Assembly: GCA_951406725.2 (NCBI GenBank)
Contig: OX597829.1
Coordinates: 54,994,001 to 55,058,000 of the forward strand
Origin: Octopus vulgaris
Lineage: Eukaryota
Direction: 5' to 3'
Length of the DNA stretch: 64,000 nucleotides
In this document: in pieces, positions 12,378 to 25,900 of the stretch
Numbering within the stretch: position 1 is the stretch's first letter
Layout of the letters: every line of letters begins with the position of its first letter
Position numbers and translations under genes: made by a program
Notes under the pieces: generated by a model
Seen by the model: only the letters and a program-made list of their open reading frames with translations
Told to the model about the DNA's origin: nothing
The model's database searches: none

Positions 12378-12742
12378 GAGGCAAGTGAAAATCGAAATCG
12401 ATCAACATCAATGGAAATTGCAGCTGTGATACCAGAGCCGATGGCACATAAGAGAATCATCCGAACGTGGCCGTTGCCAGTGCTGCCCCAACTGGCACGT
12501 AACAGACACCATCTGATCGTGGCCGTTTGCCAGCCTCGTCTAGCACCTGTGCCGGTGGCATGTAAAAAGCACCCACTACACTCTCGGAGTGGTTGGCATT
12601 AGGAAGGGCATCCAGCCGTAGAAACATTGCCAGATCAGACTGGGCCTGGTGCAGCCTTCTGGCCTCCCAGACCCCAGTTGAACCGTCCAACCCATGCTAG
12701 CATGGAAAGCGGACGCTAAACGAAGATGATGATGATGATGAT
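12378..12742 (+). mobile_element. RTE 3'UTR copy
   Basis: GGTGGCATGTAAAAAGCACCC...GGACGCTAAACG(ATG)n. Confidence 0.85.
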
Positions 12743-12916
12743 TCAAGTGGTAAAATTATCAGAAAAGCTATTTCTATTCATTCTTACAAATTATATAATT
12801 CTGTACTAAAGAGTTTCTATTTCAAATTCTGCAATACATCATCATCATCGTTTAACGTCCGCTTTCCATGCTAGCATATATAAATATATATAATACACAC
12901 ACACACACACACACGA

Positions 12917-13640
12917 CTAACAGTTCCCAGGTTTTAGGTCTTACTCATTTTTCCGTCTTAGCACCTCTTCTTCCAAAAAGTTGCTTTGGTATTCCCCACA
13001 ACTACATTGTGATATATGCTCCATTGTTCTGCCAGATCTTTGGCCTGCTGCAGTACTTGCAACTTGTTGGTGACTTCTAAATGAAAGCTCCTCAGCACTG
13101 GAGCCACCCTCACACTTTCCACTGCAAGTTGTCTAACTGCTTCTTTCTTTGTTAGTTTTTTTCAGCTTCAGTTGCAACAAAGCCCAAATAATATGAAGGG
13201 TCTATCCTACATCTGTGCCTCAATACACTTTGACATCTCTCAATCTTGTACTGATGCAGACACAGCCAGTTTCATTCATATTACGTAATATGGAAGCTGT
13301 GCTGAACAAAGAAGGTGTTACCGATGCTCAGATGGTTCATGTCCCAAAAAAGCAGGAATTGCTTGTTATTGTCTGCCGTAATATGCTTGAAACCAGTTTT
13401 GTTACTATCCAACCCCAACTGACCACCTTGATATCATGACTGGGAACTTCACTACACACATCTGTTCATAAGCACATCCTTGTCAGCATTATCTGCATTT
13501 TCAGTTGGTGCATACACTTGGATCGCTAATGTCTTTGAGAATCAAGTCATGAACTGAGCTGTTATGATTTGGTCACTAGCAGTTGTCCATCCTATTAGCA
13601 CTTTAGCAGCCTTAACTCTACAGAATACAAGATTGTCTTA
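12917..13640 (-). mobile_element. RTE-clade LINE APE and linker segment (inverted 5' part)
   Basis: AAKVLIGWTTASDQIITAQF..IQVYAPTENAD; HLSIGNTFF; ends at ...KTWELL. Confidence 0.75.
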
Positions 13641-13649
13641 TTCTCACTG

Positions 13650-14915
13650 AAGAATAGAAGAAACCAGGCAAAAACTGAACAGAGTCACCAAATAGCCATG
13701 AACAACTATCAAGCTGCTAACAGACAGGTGAGAAAATGATGTAGGAGGGATAGGACATAAGTAGCAGGAGCCCAGGAAGCAGCAAAAAGAAATGACACCA
13801 GGACACTTATGTGCCAGATCTGACTGGTTCCAGAATCAATATAAGTGAGCCAGTGAAAGATAAAAATAGGAAAATTTTGCTGACAAAGGAAGAACAGAAT
13901 ACACTCTGGGTGCAACAATTCAAAGAGACTCTGAATCAATCTGAATAATCTGACACCCTCACAGTAATAGATCAGACAGTAGAACAGCTTTAAGTTAAAA
14001 TGGCACTCATTAGTGAAGATGAAGTCATCCAGGTTCCCAAAAAACTGAAAAACAAGAAAGCCCCAGGGCTGAATAAGATCTTGGCTAAGTTAGTGAAGAA
14101 TGAAAGAAACATCATGGTATAAAAAAAAATGTAATATCTGTTGGGAAAACAGAGCAGTGCCAGAAGAATGGACAAAGTGTGTCATAATTAAGCTGTCAGA
14201 GAAAGGCAATCTCAACAATTGCAGGGAAATCACTTACTGTCAATGCCAGGCATGGTCTTCTGCTCAGTCCTGCTACAACATTTAAAAGAAAGCATTTGAT
14301 GAAAAATTCAGAGAAGAGCCAGCACGATTCCACACAGGAAGATCCTGCAGTGAACAGGATTTTGTACTGTGAAATATTACGGAGCAGAGTTTAGAGTTCC
14401 ACCAACCATTCATCATCAACTGTATTGATTTTGAAAAAGCTTTTATCAGCATACATAAAGAAATGCTGTAGTGTATGGCCAAGACATCTGACAGTATTAC
14501 ACTCCGTGTTCCAGCAAATGACAAGCAGAATGAAGAAGTGGCAAAGGCAGGCCTAAGGATCAATAGAGAAAACCAAGGTCATACACAGGTCAGTGGGCAA
14601 GGAAAGACAGAACATCTTGTAAATCAAGAGCCATTGAAGATGTTGTCAACTTTCGCCTACCTGGGAAGCATTATTGTTATGGAGAGAGAGACAATGAGGT
14701 AGATGTTAATTCCATTATCAGGTATGCAGCAACAGCAGTGTTCAGAAGAATGAACAAGATCTGGTCCAGCATTGCAATTATCAACTATATGAAGATCCTG
14801 CTGTAGCAGAGCATTGTCCTGGCAGGAGAAACTTGGATAATGACTGCCAAGATCACTCAGAGGCTGAAGGCATTCCATCAATGGCGGCTACACAGAATAA
14901 TCTCACCATGACCAG
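13650..14915 (+). mobile_element. RTE-clade LINE RT segment, decayed
   Basis: KAPGLNKI; VPEEWTK; INCIDFEKAF; FAYLGSII. Confidence 0.8.
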
Positions 14916-14939
14916 ACATATTACATATATATAAACATG

Positions 14940-14989
<50 letters not shown>

Positions 14990-16169
14990 AACACACACCA
15001 ACTCCTGTAAATGTATATATATATATATTCTTTTGTTTCAGCCCTTAGGGTACGGCCATGCTGGAAGACTACCAGGGTATATATATATTCGTTATATGCC
15101 TTCTGGCTTCCCAGATCCCCAGTCGAACCGTCCAACCCATGCTAGCATGGAGAACGGACGTTAAACGATGATGATAATGATGTATACATATATCTGATAC
15201 ACTTTGGAGGAAGGGAGTAAATGAATAAATGTAGCACTTAAACACTTAACAAAGTTGGGGTTGTATGTATCTAAGGGCAGGTTGACTAGCTTCCAGTTTC
15301 ATGGGCACAGAACACACATCCACATTGTTAGAGTTTTGAACTGAGTATGGAAAGAATTTTTAAAAGAAAGTGATAACAGGCTCCAAGGTGAAAGAATTAA
15401 GATCCCTATTAGTCAGTCCAGGTAATGTGGGTGTGGTATGAGGTATTTCATTGGATACTCCATCTGGTAAATCAGACAAGAAAGTCAGCATCGGTTTTTC
15501 AACATTCTACAGGATGAGACATTTTAGTGAAGAGGTAGGATGATTGTATGAGTTAGTTGGCATTTTCTAAGCTATGATATTTCTGTGGCAGCAGTTACCA
15601 GTTGGGAAGTCTACTGGTCTGATTATGCTAGGCTATGAGTTTGCCTGACCAGCATGGTTGCTAAAAAGTAGTAGGTTCCAATCGTAACAGGCAATAAGAA
15701 TTATATACTGCCATTATTCATGAGCCATGTAGGCCTAAAATGGTATTTCCAGGTCAGCAGCAGCCAATAGTTTGAAATTCATTTAATAAAGTATATTTCA
15801 AGTGACAACAATAGGATAAGTCAATTTTCCTATTCATGGATACTGTAGACATTGATTTATGTGTAGTTTCGCTCGGAGACAGAATTGGAAATTACAAACT
15901 TTAGGTGAATAAGGAGAGACCAAGTCAAGATTGCTCAATGTGATATTGGGAAAGTCATTTTCATGGTCCCAGAGTCTGCTGACAAAGGAGGACAGGGATG
16001 GATATGTTCCTACCTTTATACCTGAAGAAGTATACAAGTTGTGTGAATCTTACCTTGAAGTTATTGGATGCCATGCCATCAGTTGATGCATGGTTGGTTC
16101 TAGTGCCTTTGATAGGAAAGATCTTCCACTAGGCAGTGGGGAGGATTCCAGCAGTTATAGGTTGGAGTA

Positions 16170-16810
16170 TGGAGTAACAACTTTGTAAATACATATCTGC
16201 TTTTGTTGTAGTATATAATATTGGAAATGGTATTATCTAGCATGAGTAGCCAACCATGACACTATGGAAATTAAGAAGTTTATAGGGTCTTAAGAAATGC
16301 TAATTAACATCAGGAAGCTGCATCTAGATGGAATGGAAGATTAAACCAGATCACTTTCCTTAGCCTGTCTTTAGATTGGTGCAGGGGGTGAGAGTTTCCA
16401 TATACACTAACTTATCAGTGTAGCCACTTCCCACTAGCACCTTGTTATAATGGAATGCAGCCCTGTTGAAGTTCTCTGCCTACAGAATGTAGATTCTTCT
16501 GTTGGCAACAGTGGCTGGGGTTTCTAACTACAGCAGGTGTGTGTGTGTTTGGAGTGACTATCAATATAAAAAGCTACCTCGGTTGGCTTTTTGTCTCAAG
16601 GTCTCAAGTCACATCCAAAACAAAAACTTCTGTTAATTTGTTGGTAACAGTTACAGTTGGGCCAAATTCTTGGGAGATGTTTAACAAGGTTCTTTCTAAA
16701 CTTATCTATGGCATGGTCTTTACATTTAACATGGCTTGAGACTGGCAAACCATCATCCCAGGTGTGTATATTTTTTAGGGTATTCAGGATAAATTACCTG
16801 GCTTCATAGA
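16170..16810 (-). mobile_element. Penelope-like RT/thumb fragment
   Basis: WDDGL (YRDDGL-like), VLDVT*DL, YIDSHSKH, YNKVLVGSGY, RKVIWFNLPF, VGYSC. Confidence 0.7.
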
Positions 16811-16944
16811 CACATACATATGTGTGCATTTGCACATGTGTGTGTGTATATACATATATAAATATATATACACGTGTGTGAGTATGTGTGTATATCATCA
16901 TCATCGTTTAGCGTCCGTTTTCCATGCTAGCATGGGTTGGACAT

Positions 16945-17002
<58 letters not shown>

Positions 17003-17031
17003 GTGTGTGAGTGTGTATGTCTCTCTCTCTC

Positions 17032-17070
<39 letters not shown>

Positions 17071-17107
17071 GTGTGAGTGTGTGTATGTCTCTCTCTCTAT
17101 ATATATA

Positions 17108-17443
17108 AGACCCCCTTCAGTCATGAAAGGCCATGGGATTGCACCTCTAGAAAGTTACCCTCCGAGGCACAAGTCTAGGCAAGATCGTTTATGGAAGACC
17201 AGCAGTCGCTCATGCATACCAACCTCCCCTCTCCATGCCACCAATGTTATCCAAGGGAAAGGCAAAGGGGCCGATATAGCTTGGCACCAGTGATGTCGCA
17301 ACTCATTTCTACAGCTGAGTGAACTGGAGCAACATGAAATAAAGTGTCTTGCTCAAGAACACAACACGTAGCCCGGTCCAGGACTCAAACTCGCAACCTC
17401 ACTTTCATAAGCTCGACACTAACCACTGAGCCATGCGCCTTCG
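17108..17443 (-). mobile_element. tRNA-derived SINE family C
   Basis: Head GGCGCATGGCTCAGTGGTTAG...GAGTTTGAGTCCTG; CORE-like TTGAGCAAGACACTTT. Confidence 0.75.
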
Positions 17444-18477
17444 CATATAAATATACACACACACACATTCTGACAGCTTTATCTATGGCTCCTGCACTAG
17501 TAAGGTCATTTTGCTCTTGACAGGGATGAAGGTGTCTTAATCCTTCTCTATACAGTAAATACTATGTATGATTTTTCATGATACCACCAATACAGAGGTA
17601 GCCATATCAACTCAACTAGAGGGGCATCTCAACCCACATCTTTCTTCATTCTCGACGAATGATAAGACGTGATAAAGGTACTCTATGTTCTTAAACAGGT
17701 AAATACATTCAAAGCAACACAACAAAGAGGATAGAGTGATGACAGAAGGCAGCATGGACTATGAGTTAGAGTGATGACAGAGACAAATGATGTGAATAAA
17801 AAAAAAGGAATAGTGAAACAACATGATGAGTGGTAGTACAGTGGGGTGAGAGAAAAGGTAGAGTGTACTGGGTACAATAGCTTCACTGTATTCTCTTACA
17901 TAAAGGTCATTATGTGCCAGAAGGGTCAAACGATGAGAGTGGTGGATTGGGACAAAAGTATGTGGATTCTGTACCAACAAACAACACAAAGTGTGTGTGG
18001 AAGGGGAGGGTGAATTGTAAAAACAAACATTACATGAAAGTGAATTAGGAAAGATGAAAGGTTGTGAAAGGATGGAAGAGATAGCAAAAGTGGACTTGAT
18101 ATAAATCAACATACACATACATCCTCGATGCATCTGAGGATTTAGGCACAATCTGCAAAGTTATGTGAAACTGCGTCGACCTGTTATTAAATATTTGCAA
18201 CTTCACATAAGTGTGTATGTCAAACATTGCTTTCTTTAATTTATCACCTACTCATATATATGTGTGTGTGTGTGTGTAAATTTAATTGTAACATTTTCAT
18301 ATACATCAGAATGTGTTTGCACATGAAGCAGCAGGTATCAGCACATACTAAATTTCATTTTGGGAACCACAGAAAAGACCATCAAATGTATTGCCATTTT
18401 CTCTATACAGAAACAAAAGTTCCAGCATGGCTCAAAACAACAGAAGTAGCACATGCATGTGTGTATATATGTATGTA

Positions 18478-18513
<36 letters not shown>

Positions 18514-18538
18514 CATACATACATATACACACATATAC

Positions 18539-18756
18539 AAGGCGGCGAGCTGGCAGGAATGTTAGCACGCCGGGTGAAATGCTTACCAGTATTTCATCTG
18601 CCGCTACGTTCTGAGTTCAAATTCCGCTGAGGTCTACTTTGCCTTTCATCCTTTCGAGGTCGATTAAATAAGTACCAGTCATGCACTGTGGTCGATATAA
18701 TCGACTTAATCCATTTGTTTGTTCCCTGTGTGTGTAGCCCCTTGTGGGCAGTAAAG

Positions 18757-18761
<5 letters not shown>
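18539..18761 (+). mobile_element. SINE family B (Meta-domain-like)
   Basis: GGCGGCGAGCTGGCAG...GAGTTCAAATTCC...GCCTTTCATCCTTTCGAGGTCGATTAAATAAGTACCAG; other copies at 50494, 28900 and 46700. Confidence 0.85.
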
Positions 18762-18809
<48 letters not shown>

Positions 18810-18929
18810 AAAGTAATTTTAGAGACAGAACCACCTTCAACTCAACCAACACTGAAAGGTTTTATACTTTTATATATATATGTTCATATGGTCTTTGGCT
18901 AGAACATTACCGACATTTTTATGACTAAG

Positions 18930-19960
18930 TGTACCATGCTTGCTGTTGGTTCTTCTTCAACATCATGAGAATCACCAGTCAATAGCCTTTTGTTATTTCT
19001 GCTCCCTGCAACATCTTGAGATCAGTCTTCAACATGCTATCTTGATCTTCCTCTTCCGCTGGTTCCATTCACTAGACGAGTGCAGCCCTCTTTATGTACC
19101 TGTTGTCCTCCATACACATCACATGTCCATAACACTACCCTTCATGCACACTACATCTGAGTTTCTCTTCGAGTTCTTTAGTACTCATTCGTACATGTTA
19201 ACGTAATTCATCCTGAAAAGTATGTGAGCTTCATTTCTTTCTAGACTTCCCAATTCCACTGCATTCATGGCTCTTGTCACACTTCAATGTAGCAACTGCA
19301 ATTCAAGCACATACCACACAATCAGCCTTTCATACTTAGCAGAAACCCTTCATTGCCAGCAGAGGTAATCACTCTACACTTTTTCTACCCCATCCTTACT
19401 CTAAGTTTTGAGAACATCCTTTACACTATTAATCGGGTTAGCTACACAATGGAAGCTTTCAGTTATTTGTAAGCAGCTCTCCAGACATTTGAAAGAATTC
19501 TTCTTTATAAGAGTTCTTACTGCTAACAAGCCTTGGGCATTTGCTATTGATAAAGTGCTTCTCAATCGGTGATGCCACTGCAGTTCTTAAGCACCTGTAT
19601 TTCGTTTTTACCATACTATATTACAACCCTGTCTACTACTTTTCTTCATATGAAGTATGTCCACATCTCAACTGGTAACAGATTCCTCCTGTCTTCTTTC
19701 ATGGGAACTGAAGCCTGTCACTGTTGAGTTTATCTTTATGTGCTTCGATTCTAGATTTTGCTTTCATATTTGTAATTTCTCTATTATTCAACAAAGTCGT
19801 GTTTATGACCTAGGTCATCAAAATTCAGAAGTTGTCATGTCACTGAAAAACAGTCTTAAATTCTTCTGCTACGGTCTGTAAAACTATAAACAAGAGCAGG
19901 TTGAGAATTAAGATCTGGTGGACACTTACCTGCACTTATTGCTAAATCTCACCTTGTTGG
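18930..19960 (-). mobile_element. Old RTE LINE RT fragment
   Basis: QVSVHQ..IVLQTVAEEFKT; RVRMG*KK; GTSGRGRSR. Confidence 0.6.
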
Positions 19961-19989
19961 ACAGCACAGCTGTACAAGTACACACTTAT

Positions 19990-20520
19990 ATCTAGGTTTG
20001 TTTGTGTGTATTTACACATACGCATAAAATATATTTGTAAACACAAACTCATATTCATAAACACAAAGTAAATACGAACTCCGGCATTCGTAAATACATT
20101 CACAAACACAGAAATACATTCAAAGATACGTATTGACACGCATTCATAATCCCTAACTGATACACGTTCATGAACCCAAATTTGACACACATTCACATAA
20201 CCACATACATTCATAAATAATTTTTTAAAAAAAGCAAACAATTCATAAATTCACATTTATAAACATAAATTGACACATATTCATAAACAGAAAATTAAAT
20301 AGTGTTAAACACGAACTGGAATGCATTCATAAACACAAATTGAAAGGCATTCATAAACACAAACTGGAATGCAGTCATAAACACAAATTGGAAAGCATTC
20401 ATAAGATCAAATCTGAAATGCATTCATAAACACATTCAGAAATGCATTCATAAACACAAATTCACATACTTTCATAAACACTTTCGTAAACACAAGTTCA
20501 CACAGTCATAAACACAAACT
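19990..20520. repeat. Degenerate minisatellite (CATTCATAAACACAAA core, ~20-27 bp units)
   Basis: About 20 diverged copies of the core, best preserved at 20320-20520. Confidence 0.75.
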
Positions 20521-21279
20521 CACCATTTAGATATATATATAGTAAACATACACTGAAAGGAAAACACACAATGCAAGAAAAACAATGTTGCAATAATAAA
20601 CCAATAAAAGTAACAAATAGTAACGAATGTTTAAAAACAAAAATGTACAAATATATGTAAGATATTATAAATACAAAGTCATAATGATAAATTAGATGCA
20701 AAAGAAATAATTTCATGTATGTTATTTCTGAAAAAAATGGAAAATAATATGAAGCATAAAAATATCAACAAATGATAAACAGGGAAGTGGTAAAGGCTGC
20801 TATGAAGAAATAAGATGACAATATATTCTCACATGGGTAGGTCTGCTTTGTCTCCGGCTCCATATTCACTTACAATAGATAGAGACTCAATTGGGCTTTG
20901 GCATAAAATTCTTCAAGTCTCTTTATAATAGAAGGGGAGAAAATGGAGAACCATTTTGCCATATATTCCCTATGATAAGACAATTTTGGCCGGTGAATGA
21001 GTCTTGATTCCGTCCATTCTGGGCCGGAAGAAGATTTCTTACAATCCCACAATTCATTTGTATAAAAGATAAAGACTAAAAAATCCTAATTATGAAAGGA
21101 AAATATTATTTCGGGTGTAACATATTCTCTATCATATTATTATTTCGTTTGCAGTAACTTAGTCGGTTAGTACTTACTCAATTATTAGTACTGACTCTAA
21201 ATTTAGGTGTTTTTAAGGCCCGTTATTAATCATTATATGCGGCTTTTAAATAGTTTTCTAATAGTTTCAATTTTAGTAA

Positions 21280-21980
21280 CAGCATTCTCATTGGCTGAGA
21301 GAATTGTGTTAGTGAAATAAATTGTAAGCTCATCTGTGATTGGTCCATTTATTATTATTTAGAATCGTCTACAACACTATTATTTTCAATATATTCGCAA
21401 CTCTCCTCCTTACACGGAACTTATTGATTTACCAAAGTTTGTATAAATCTCACATTGAATTGTTGTTTGAACAATATATACATTCATACATAAATTCACA
21501 CACACATATATATATATAAATTTATGCAGCAAGTTTAAGTAGAACTTTTCTGCCAAAATACATGGTTTTAATACTAAAATGTTCAATTCTGATGTTATAA
21601 ATTTTTTTTAATTAATTTTCTATTTAGATAAAAATAAATCAAACTGATGCCTTCAACAGCCACGAGTGAATTACCATTAAGATAATGGTTTTACTTTCAG
21701 TATCAGTTTTACTTTTCTATCACTAAATTTCTACATTTGGTAGAATTTCTCTAAAAGTACAAGTTTCCTGTCTGAGTAGAAACATATCTGAATGCATTTG
21801 TTTTACAAATTTACAGGAACAACGCATAATTTTTCAAATAAAACATGGAATTATAAAAGAAAATTCATTCACTCATTGTAATAGACTATCTTTTAAAACT
21901 TGTTCATTATTAGGTTAATGACTAAAACTGAATATTTTTTCATGACGTGTCTGCTAGTCGCAGGGGAGGGGCGGCAACAA
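21280..21980. promoter_or_regulatory. Candidate promoter region
   Basis: Repeat-poor island; ATTGG (CCAAT) at 21290 and 21339; TGACGT at 21943; GGGGCGG at 21968. Confidence 0.3.
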
Positions 21981-23895
21981 TCTACGATGTCCTTTACAAA
22001 CTATTTTGTTGTTATTCATATTTCCTTTCAGGTTTATTGTAAAGGTACGAACAATAGTATTTCGAATACTGCTCGACGATCTATAGAAATTCTTCAATAT
22101 TTCAGCATTTTAAAGCCTTCTTTGCGTATAAATAATTTGTTTAAAAGGTACTCATCCGCAAATAAGACCCCTAAAAGGAATGAGGGGAAGTAATTGCGGC
22201 GAAACTTTTTTTCTTGTCTCAAAAATCGGAGGAAATTTAGAAATTTCATTTAGGGTTTATATTAATGAAGATAATTAAATTGTTTTTTTTAAAAGATTTT
22301 CAGAAAAAAAATAAGCAATTTATAGTTTAATGTTATTTATTCAGTTCAAATGAGAAACGCGGTTACATAATTTGATCCAAGCACCTTTTTTTTTTTTTTT
22401 TTTCTAATTTTCAAGCCACGTAAAATTTTCCAAGTGAGTTGGTTTGCTCTAAATAATTCCATCCTTTATTTATTGGTAAATTTCGCACTTTTACATATTT
22501 TCCGTTTTTCTTATAAATGACTCGTTGATTATCTCCCCTTCAATCCTATTGAATGATTCTCAAAAGACTGTTGTTAAAAGGAATTGCTTCTATGACAAAA
22601 ATATACATTTCATTCACTTTAAGCACATTTTAAATTTTTGTCATTCCTTTACACGAATATGTACATTAGCTTTTCACTACATTTTAATTTAAATTCTGCT
22701 ATTTTTTGTTTTATATCAACAAGTCATCAACCAGACCATAATTTTAAAAAATAATTACACTAAAAGTGTTTTTGGAATTATGTCCCTTAGCAGTTGTCTC
22801 CTCTTGAGTATTTCTTTAATTGGGGATTAGTTGGAAATTCTTCCGAAATTTGATGGTTTGTAATTAACACTTATAAACGGTAATTTATCAGTTACATTCA
22901 TGAACATACTTAGGCAGAGCCATGTAATTCAGAAGTTCGCAGTCGGCATTTTTTTAAGATTAGATTCATTTACTCTGGGCATAGACATAGCGGTTTAGAA
23001 GTTAGTTTCAACATCCACGAAATCCCCGGGTTTGATCCTACAGAGCTGCTCTTTGGTCGAGTGGTGCCTTCTGCTGAAACTTTGGACTGACTAATATTTT
23101 GTGTGTGAAATTGCATAGAGAAAAAGTATGCAGAAGCTGAGCCGTTGTATCTATGTTTGTAGCATCTACTTGCATTGTTATCGATTCGGGAAATAAGTTT
23201 TGCCTATGTTGACAGTCTTTGAGTAAAGCGTACCACTTTCATTTTCTCGAAGTTGATGATAGACGGAAGGTGGGATGTGTGATTATAAGGAGATTCTAGG
23301 AACTGCATAGAGGTTCACTCTAAAGTAAAATAATAGAAATTATTCGATTTTTTTTTTTATGAGCTCGTATACAAGAATAACGAAAGCCAATGTATATTTC
23401 TTTTCTTTCTATAGATGTAAAATAGGCAAATTCTTCGCAAAAAAACTTTTTCAAAAGCTCCAGCTTCCTTTTCATTTTCACAAATTGATGATGATGATTA
23501 TGGTGATCACAAATAGCAATTACAATCTTCAAATGCTCGACCACCACCATGCTCTTTCGTCCTTTGCACCATTTCCACTCTAAAAAGTTTTCTAAACAAC
23601 TGTTGAACATTTTCTTCAGATGTACCATTCACTTTGATTTTTTTTCTCCATTGCACGAAACCATAAGAATTCATTACTGTGTGCCTTTAATGAGGTTGAT
23701 TAATTCTTACTATGGTTCAAATAGGGTGGTCAACTGCGTGCGGTGGAGCATATAATTGATCCACTAACAATTCCGTTTTTTATATTGAACAATGTCTATC
23801 GTCAAGAAAACAATTTTCCATTTCCCTCTTATATAGTTTCTACCATAAGATATTCGTCTCTATCTGGCTCGATTCTTCTGAATCTTTCATGAACG

Positions 23896-24202
23896 AGTAG
23901 CTGTGTGGTAAGTAGCTTGCTTACCAACCATATGGTTCTGGGTTCAGTCTCACTGCGTGGCACCTTGGGCGAGTGTCTTGAGTGGATTTGATAAACGGAA
24001 ACTGAAAGTTACCGTCGTATATATGTTTGTGTGTCTGTTTGTCCCCCCAACATCACTTAACAACTGATGCTGGTGTGTTTACGTCCCCGTCACTTAGCAG
24101 TTTGACAAAAGTGGCGGACAGAATAAGTCCTGGGGTCGATTTGCTCGGTTAAATGCGGTGCTCCAGCATGGCCACAGTCAAATGACTGAAACAAGTAAAA
24201 GA
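23896..24202 (+). mobile_element. SINE family A with internal deletion
   Basis: Head and tail match the 9218 copy. Confidence 0.85.
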
Positions 24203-25599
24203 TTTTAAAAAAAAGTAATTATAATTTTTCCCGTTTTGTCCAATTTTCAATAAATCAGGGATTAAAAATATCACATCAATCAGTTTTAATAAATGGCGTT
24301 TATTGTATAAAAAATTTTTTTTTTAAATCTCTTTCTTCCTGAAATCGTTTGGCAGCACAAACGACATTGCCAACAATATTCATCTGCACCTTGGATAATT
24401 TTTCTTTTGCAATTAACCCAGGAAACTAGCAACCTATTTTAAAGCAAACCACATCAATGTGTGCAAAATATTGGGTGTATGTTTCTTCCAATTTGTTGTA
24501 CAATGTATAAGTGTTCTCAGTACTTGTGCAAAACTGTCCTGCTACTGCTTGTTGGACTTTTCCAGTTGTAGAGAGAAAAGGGTACATTTCTTGTTATTGT
24601 AGTAATGTGCAGACAGCAATAACTAGTGGTCAGCAAAGATAACTGAGCGCTGGGGAATCCCCCAATTCCGTAAAAGTGACCAGTGATAAAATTACTGATG
24701 GGGAAGTCCAAGGTCAAGTGAAAGGGAAAAAAAAAACTTTTGTGAAAGTGGAAATGAATGGTTTGTATTGTAACATTTCCCAAATTTCTAATTCATCTTA
24801 TTTTTGTTCCCTCGGTTACAACAATCATTATAAACACTGACACTTTCACTGCTTCTCATCTAAACAACAATAAATTCTTTAATTTTGATGGGTAGACTTA
24901 ATCTGTTGCTGGATTTAATACAACCATCTGATTCTTTTGCGGTGTTCACTTTGTTGCAGTTTTTCAGGCCAGGTCTCCGTTTTTGAGAATAACATCCTCT
25001 TAATTAGATTTGAAAGCATTGACAAACTAAAGGCTCATCAACATTCACCTTGTCTCTCTTAGCAAATGCTGAAAATAAAACATCCTGATGCAACCACACC
25101 ATCCAACACCAATCAATCAGTTTACAGGGCAGTTTTAAAAAAATTATACAACTGAAAGTTGTAATGTGATACACGCTGTACCACAACATCACTCTGGGGT
25201 TGATATGATTGACTAAAATCCTTAAGGTTAGTGTCACATCGTGGATTCAGTCTTGAATATTTTGGACTTTAACTATCGTTCATTAAATACATTGTATCAC
25301 ACTGTGTCTTCGACCACTGACATTTATTTTATTTTCCAATCATTTATTAATTATTCACATATTGTAACTGAGATTCATTTCTTGTAACAAGCATCTGGGA
25401 TTAGTTCATTTGGTGACAGGGTTATCGAGGAAAAGAATGCCAGTCCTACAAGTTATGACGATATTTGGGACATTAAAAATCTGCAAGACTTTAAGATTTA
25501 AAGGATGATGAACAAACTAAGATGCTTTCCTTCTCAACCTTGCTACCAAATAGGTGGCTGGTTGGAATTTACTCTAAATTAAAAAGACGACACACACAC

Positions 25600-25900
25600 A
25601 CATTGACTGCAACCTGTGATAGGCCCTTCGATCTTGCAGATTGACTGCAAGCTGTGGGTAGGCCCCACAGGTCTTCACGGTCTGTCTTACTGCCTAAATG
25701 CTGGTCGTTGTGCTCATCACTCTGAGCTAAGCCTAATCATTAAATGGGCCTTGGCTCGGATTAATATCCCCTCGGTTCTGGAACCATCAGGCTTATCCAG
25801 AAGTGATGGAAAGAGACCAGATGTTCTTATCCTCTGACCCTGGGTTAGAGGTAAGTGACTCATCTGGATATCCTGGATGCTGTGGTAAAAGGGAGGATCA
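25600..25900 (+). mobile_element. CRE-like non-LTR retrotransposon, zinc finger and restriction-like endonuclease fragment
   Basis: GLHGLSYC..GRCAHHSELSLIIKWALARINIPSVLEPSGLSRSDGKRPD..L*PWVRGK*LIW. Confidence 0.75.

Noticed and set aside
24300-25250. Possible ancient CR1/L2 RT on the minus strand (DVLFSAFAKRDKV)
   Set aside because: Too degenerate to support without a profile search.
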